NCBI RefSeq assembly: GCF_006345805.1
Contig: NC_043000.1
Location: 77,252,001 to 77,316,000 of the forward strand
DNA: 64,000 nt
Source of the DNA: Octopus sinensis
Taxonomy: Eukaryota
Reading direction: 5' to 3'
The position numbers were made by a program, and so were the translations under genes. Under the pieces are notes generated by a model. The model had not been told where the DNA came from. It saw only the letters and a program-made list of their open reading frames with translations, and did not search any database. Each line of letters begins with the position of its first letter. The first letter of the stretch is position 1. Positions 63,528 through 64,000 of this stretch are shown in pieces.

Positions 63528-64000
63528 AGAACTCGTATGTCAAGAAATTAGACGGTAAAAATCATATTAAGGAGATGAAATAATTAGCTCAATGATTAAA
63601 TTTTGTCAAGATATAAAAGGATGACAACCTTGAAATTACTAAAAAAGTATATAACGGGAATTGAGTCTAATCGTTGGAAACTGCATGGACAACTCTTTCA
63701 GACATGTTTCCATCATGTTAGTCATTACTGAAGTATTGTCTCACTATTACTTCCAAAACTGAGATTATTAACAGATATATATACAATAACAATACGTGTC
63801 AATTAAATTGTTTTAACGAAAATACGAAATGGAAAGCCCCCCCTCCTCTCTCTCGAGATCTGAACTCAAAGATATTAAATATGGAATTACATAACAACAA
63901 GAGAAAATAAGTTCATATACAATTACTTCTAACCTGTTCCTTTTATTTTCGCAACATCAAAACAGAAAGTACTAAATGAAAATTGAACCTATATTCACCG

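Overview
Eukaryotic, transposon-saturated, microsatellite-rich window with no confidently identifiable host gene. The SINE and Helitron families resemble those of octopod cephalopods (recognition only, not verified by search). 1-25.3 kb is a nest of non-LTR retrotransposons packed between (ATT/TAA)n tracts: two long head-to-tail Tx1-clade (L1 superfamily) elements (2960-8492, 8508-14203), several Tx1 fragments, and several R4/Dong-like elements with restriction-like endonuclease. 27.3-31.6 kb is a ~4.9-copy tandem array of a ~870-bp unit bounded by a perfect 40-bp inverted repeat. 33.6-36.5 kb holds two adjacent DD34E Tc1-like elements. 41.5-48.7 kb is a Helitron cluster with head-to-tail CTAG|TC junctions and a helicase fragment. 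A complete DD34D mariner (50580-51871) is nested in a SINE. Penelope-like (GIY-YIG) and hAT remnants also occur. The most interesting signals are: (i) a tRNA-headed SINE whose 3' tail folds into a minimal, dimer-type hammerhead ribozyme (three copies, two forming a head-to-head palindrome at 59.3-60.0 kb); (ii) a weaker circularly permuted hammerhead-like motif in every ~870-bp array unit; (iii) an apparently (ATT)n-associated Tx1 family with conserved inter-ORF hairpins; (iv) a 1.2-kb near-identical segment copied 17 kb away into a LINE; (v) several local fold-back inverted duplications. Many frameshifts fall in homopolymer runs and may be long-read errors. Most short ORFs in the supplied track are microsatellite or antisense artefacts. 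Coordinates were read by eye, and degenerate boundaries are approximate.
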